DNA of 63,984 nt, the filler included, from Octopus bimaculoides (taxonomy: Eukaryota), in the NCBI RefSeq assembly GCF_001194135.2. It is 6 parts of 5 records of this genome, joined end to end, with 100 filler letters (N's around TTAATTAATTAA, not from the genome) between each part and the next. Parts side by side here need not be neighbours in the genome. Positions count along the whole stretch, not along the records: positions 62,504 to 63,984 come from NC_069001.1; 5 more parts are not named here. One strand, 5' to 3'. The translations under genes were made by a program, and so were the position numbers. The notes beneath the pieces are model-generated. The model did no database searches. It was given only the letters and a program-made list of their open reading frames with translations, and was not told the origin of the DNA. Of this stretch, positions 63,400 through 63,984 are shown piece after piece. The first letter of the stretch is position 1. Every line of letters starts with the position of its first letter.

Positions 63400-63725
63400 T
63401 CAACCACCAGTACCATTCCCATCCACATCAGTTATCTAATCCATTGCCAACAACGTCACCGCAACCGGCGGCTGCATCATCACCATCACCACCATCACCA
63501 CCATCACCACCAACAACATCACCACCACCAACAACAACAACAACCACAACAACAGCATCACCACCACCATCACTCACAACCACCACCACCGCCTCGCACA
63601 ACCACTACCACCACCACCAACACGGCTACCATCACCACAACTATCATCACCACCACCAATAAATACCATCATCGACAACACCATCACCACCACCTATACC
63701 ACCGTCAACACCACCACCAACACTA
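63400..63725. repeat. (CAC)/(CAA)/(CAT) low-complexity tract
   Basis: Direct reading. It explains ORF 63381-63662. Confidence 0.9.
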
Positions 63726-63950
63726 CCGGTACCAAATGTAATAATTACGTTTTTACAATGAGTCAGGAGGTTTCATTGAATAACGCTCATCAGTAAAAGT
63801 CGTCTCTTCAGCAAAGAAACTCGGCGATTAACAGAAGCATTCAACACAATATCGGCTCACACACACACACTTACAAAGACAACACACACATACACACATA
63901 AATACGTACACACATACACATACATGTTCACCTCATTCATTGATCTCTTT

Positions 63951-63984
<34 letters not shown>

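Overview
Repeat-dense eukaryotic DNA with many N gaps, most likely from an Octopus/coleoid cephalopod draft assembly. That assignment is an inference from SINE families I recall and from a mollusc-type 18S variant. I found no host protein-coding gene I can support, and almost all ORFs in the track are microsatellite or N-run artefacts. The window contains decayed retroelements (R4/Dong LINE, RTE and Tx1 LINE fragments, a Gypsy LTR element, Penelope-like elements), mariner and hAT remnants, dozens of tRNA-derived SINEs and many microsatellites. Five observations stand out. (1) Four minimal hammerhead-ribozyme motifs, each with a different palindromic stem III; two are near-intact and two sit at Penelope-like 3' ends. 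(2) A six-member non-autonomous DNA transposon family with GGATC termini, 37-bp TIRs and 8-bp TSDs (Merlin-like) whose younger copies carry telomeric TAACCC repeats, in three of them as a (CCCTAA)n-(TTAGGG)n palindrome. (3) A 262-bp fold-back centred on the D-loop of a tRNA-Thr-like sequence. (4) An isolated 18S rRNA fragment with compensatory helix changes. (5) A small array of hairpin repeats showing covariation beside the Gypsy integrase. All alignments and folds were done by eye and no database search was run.
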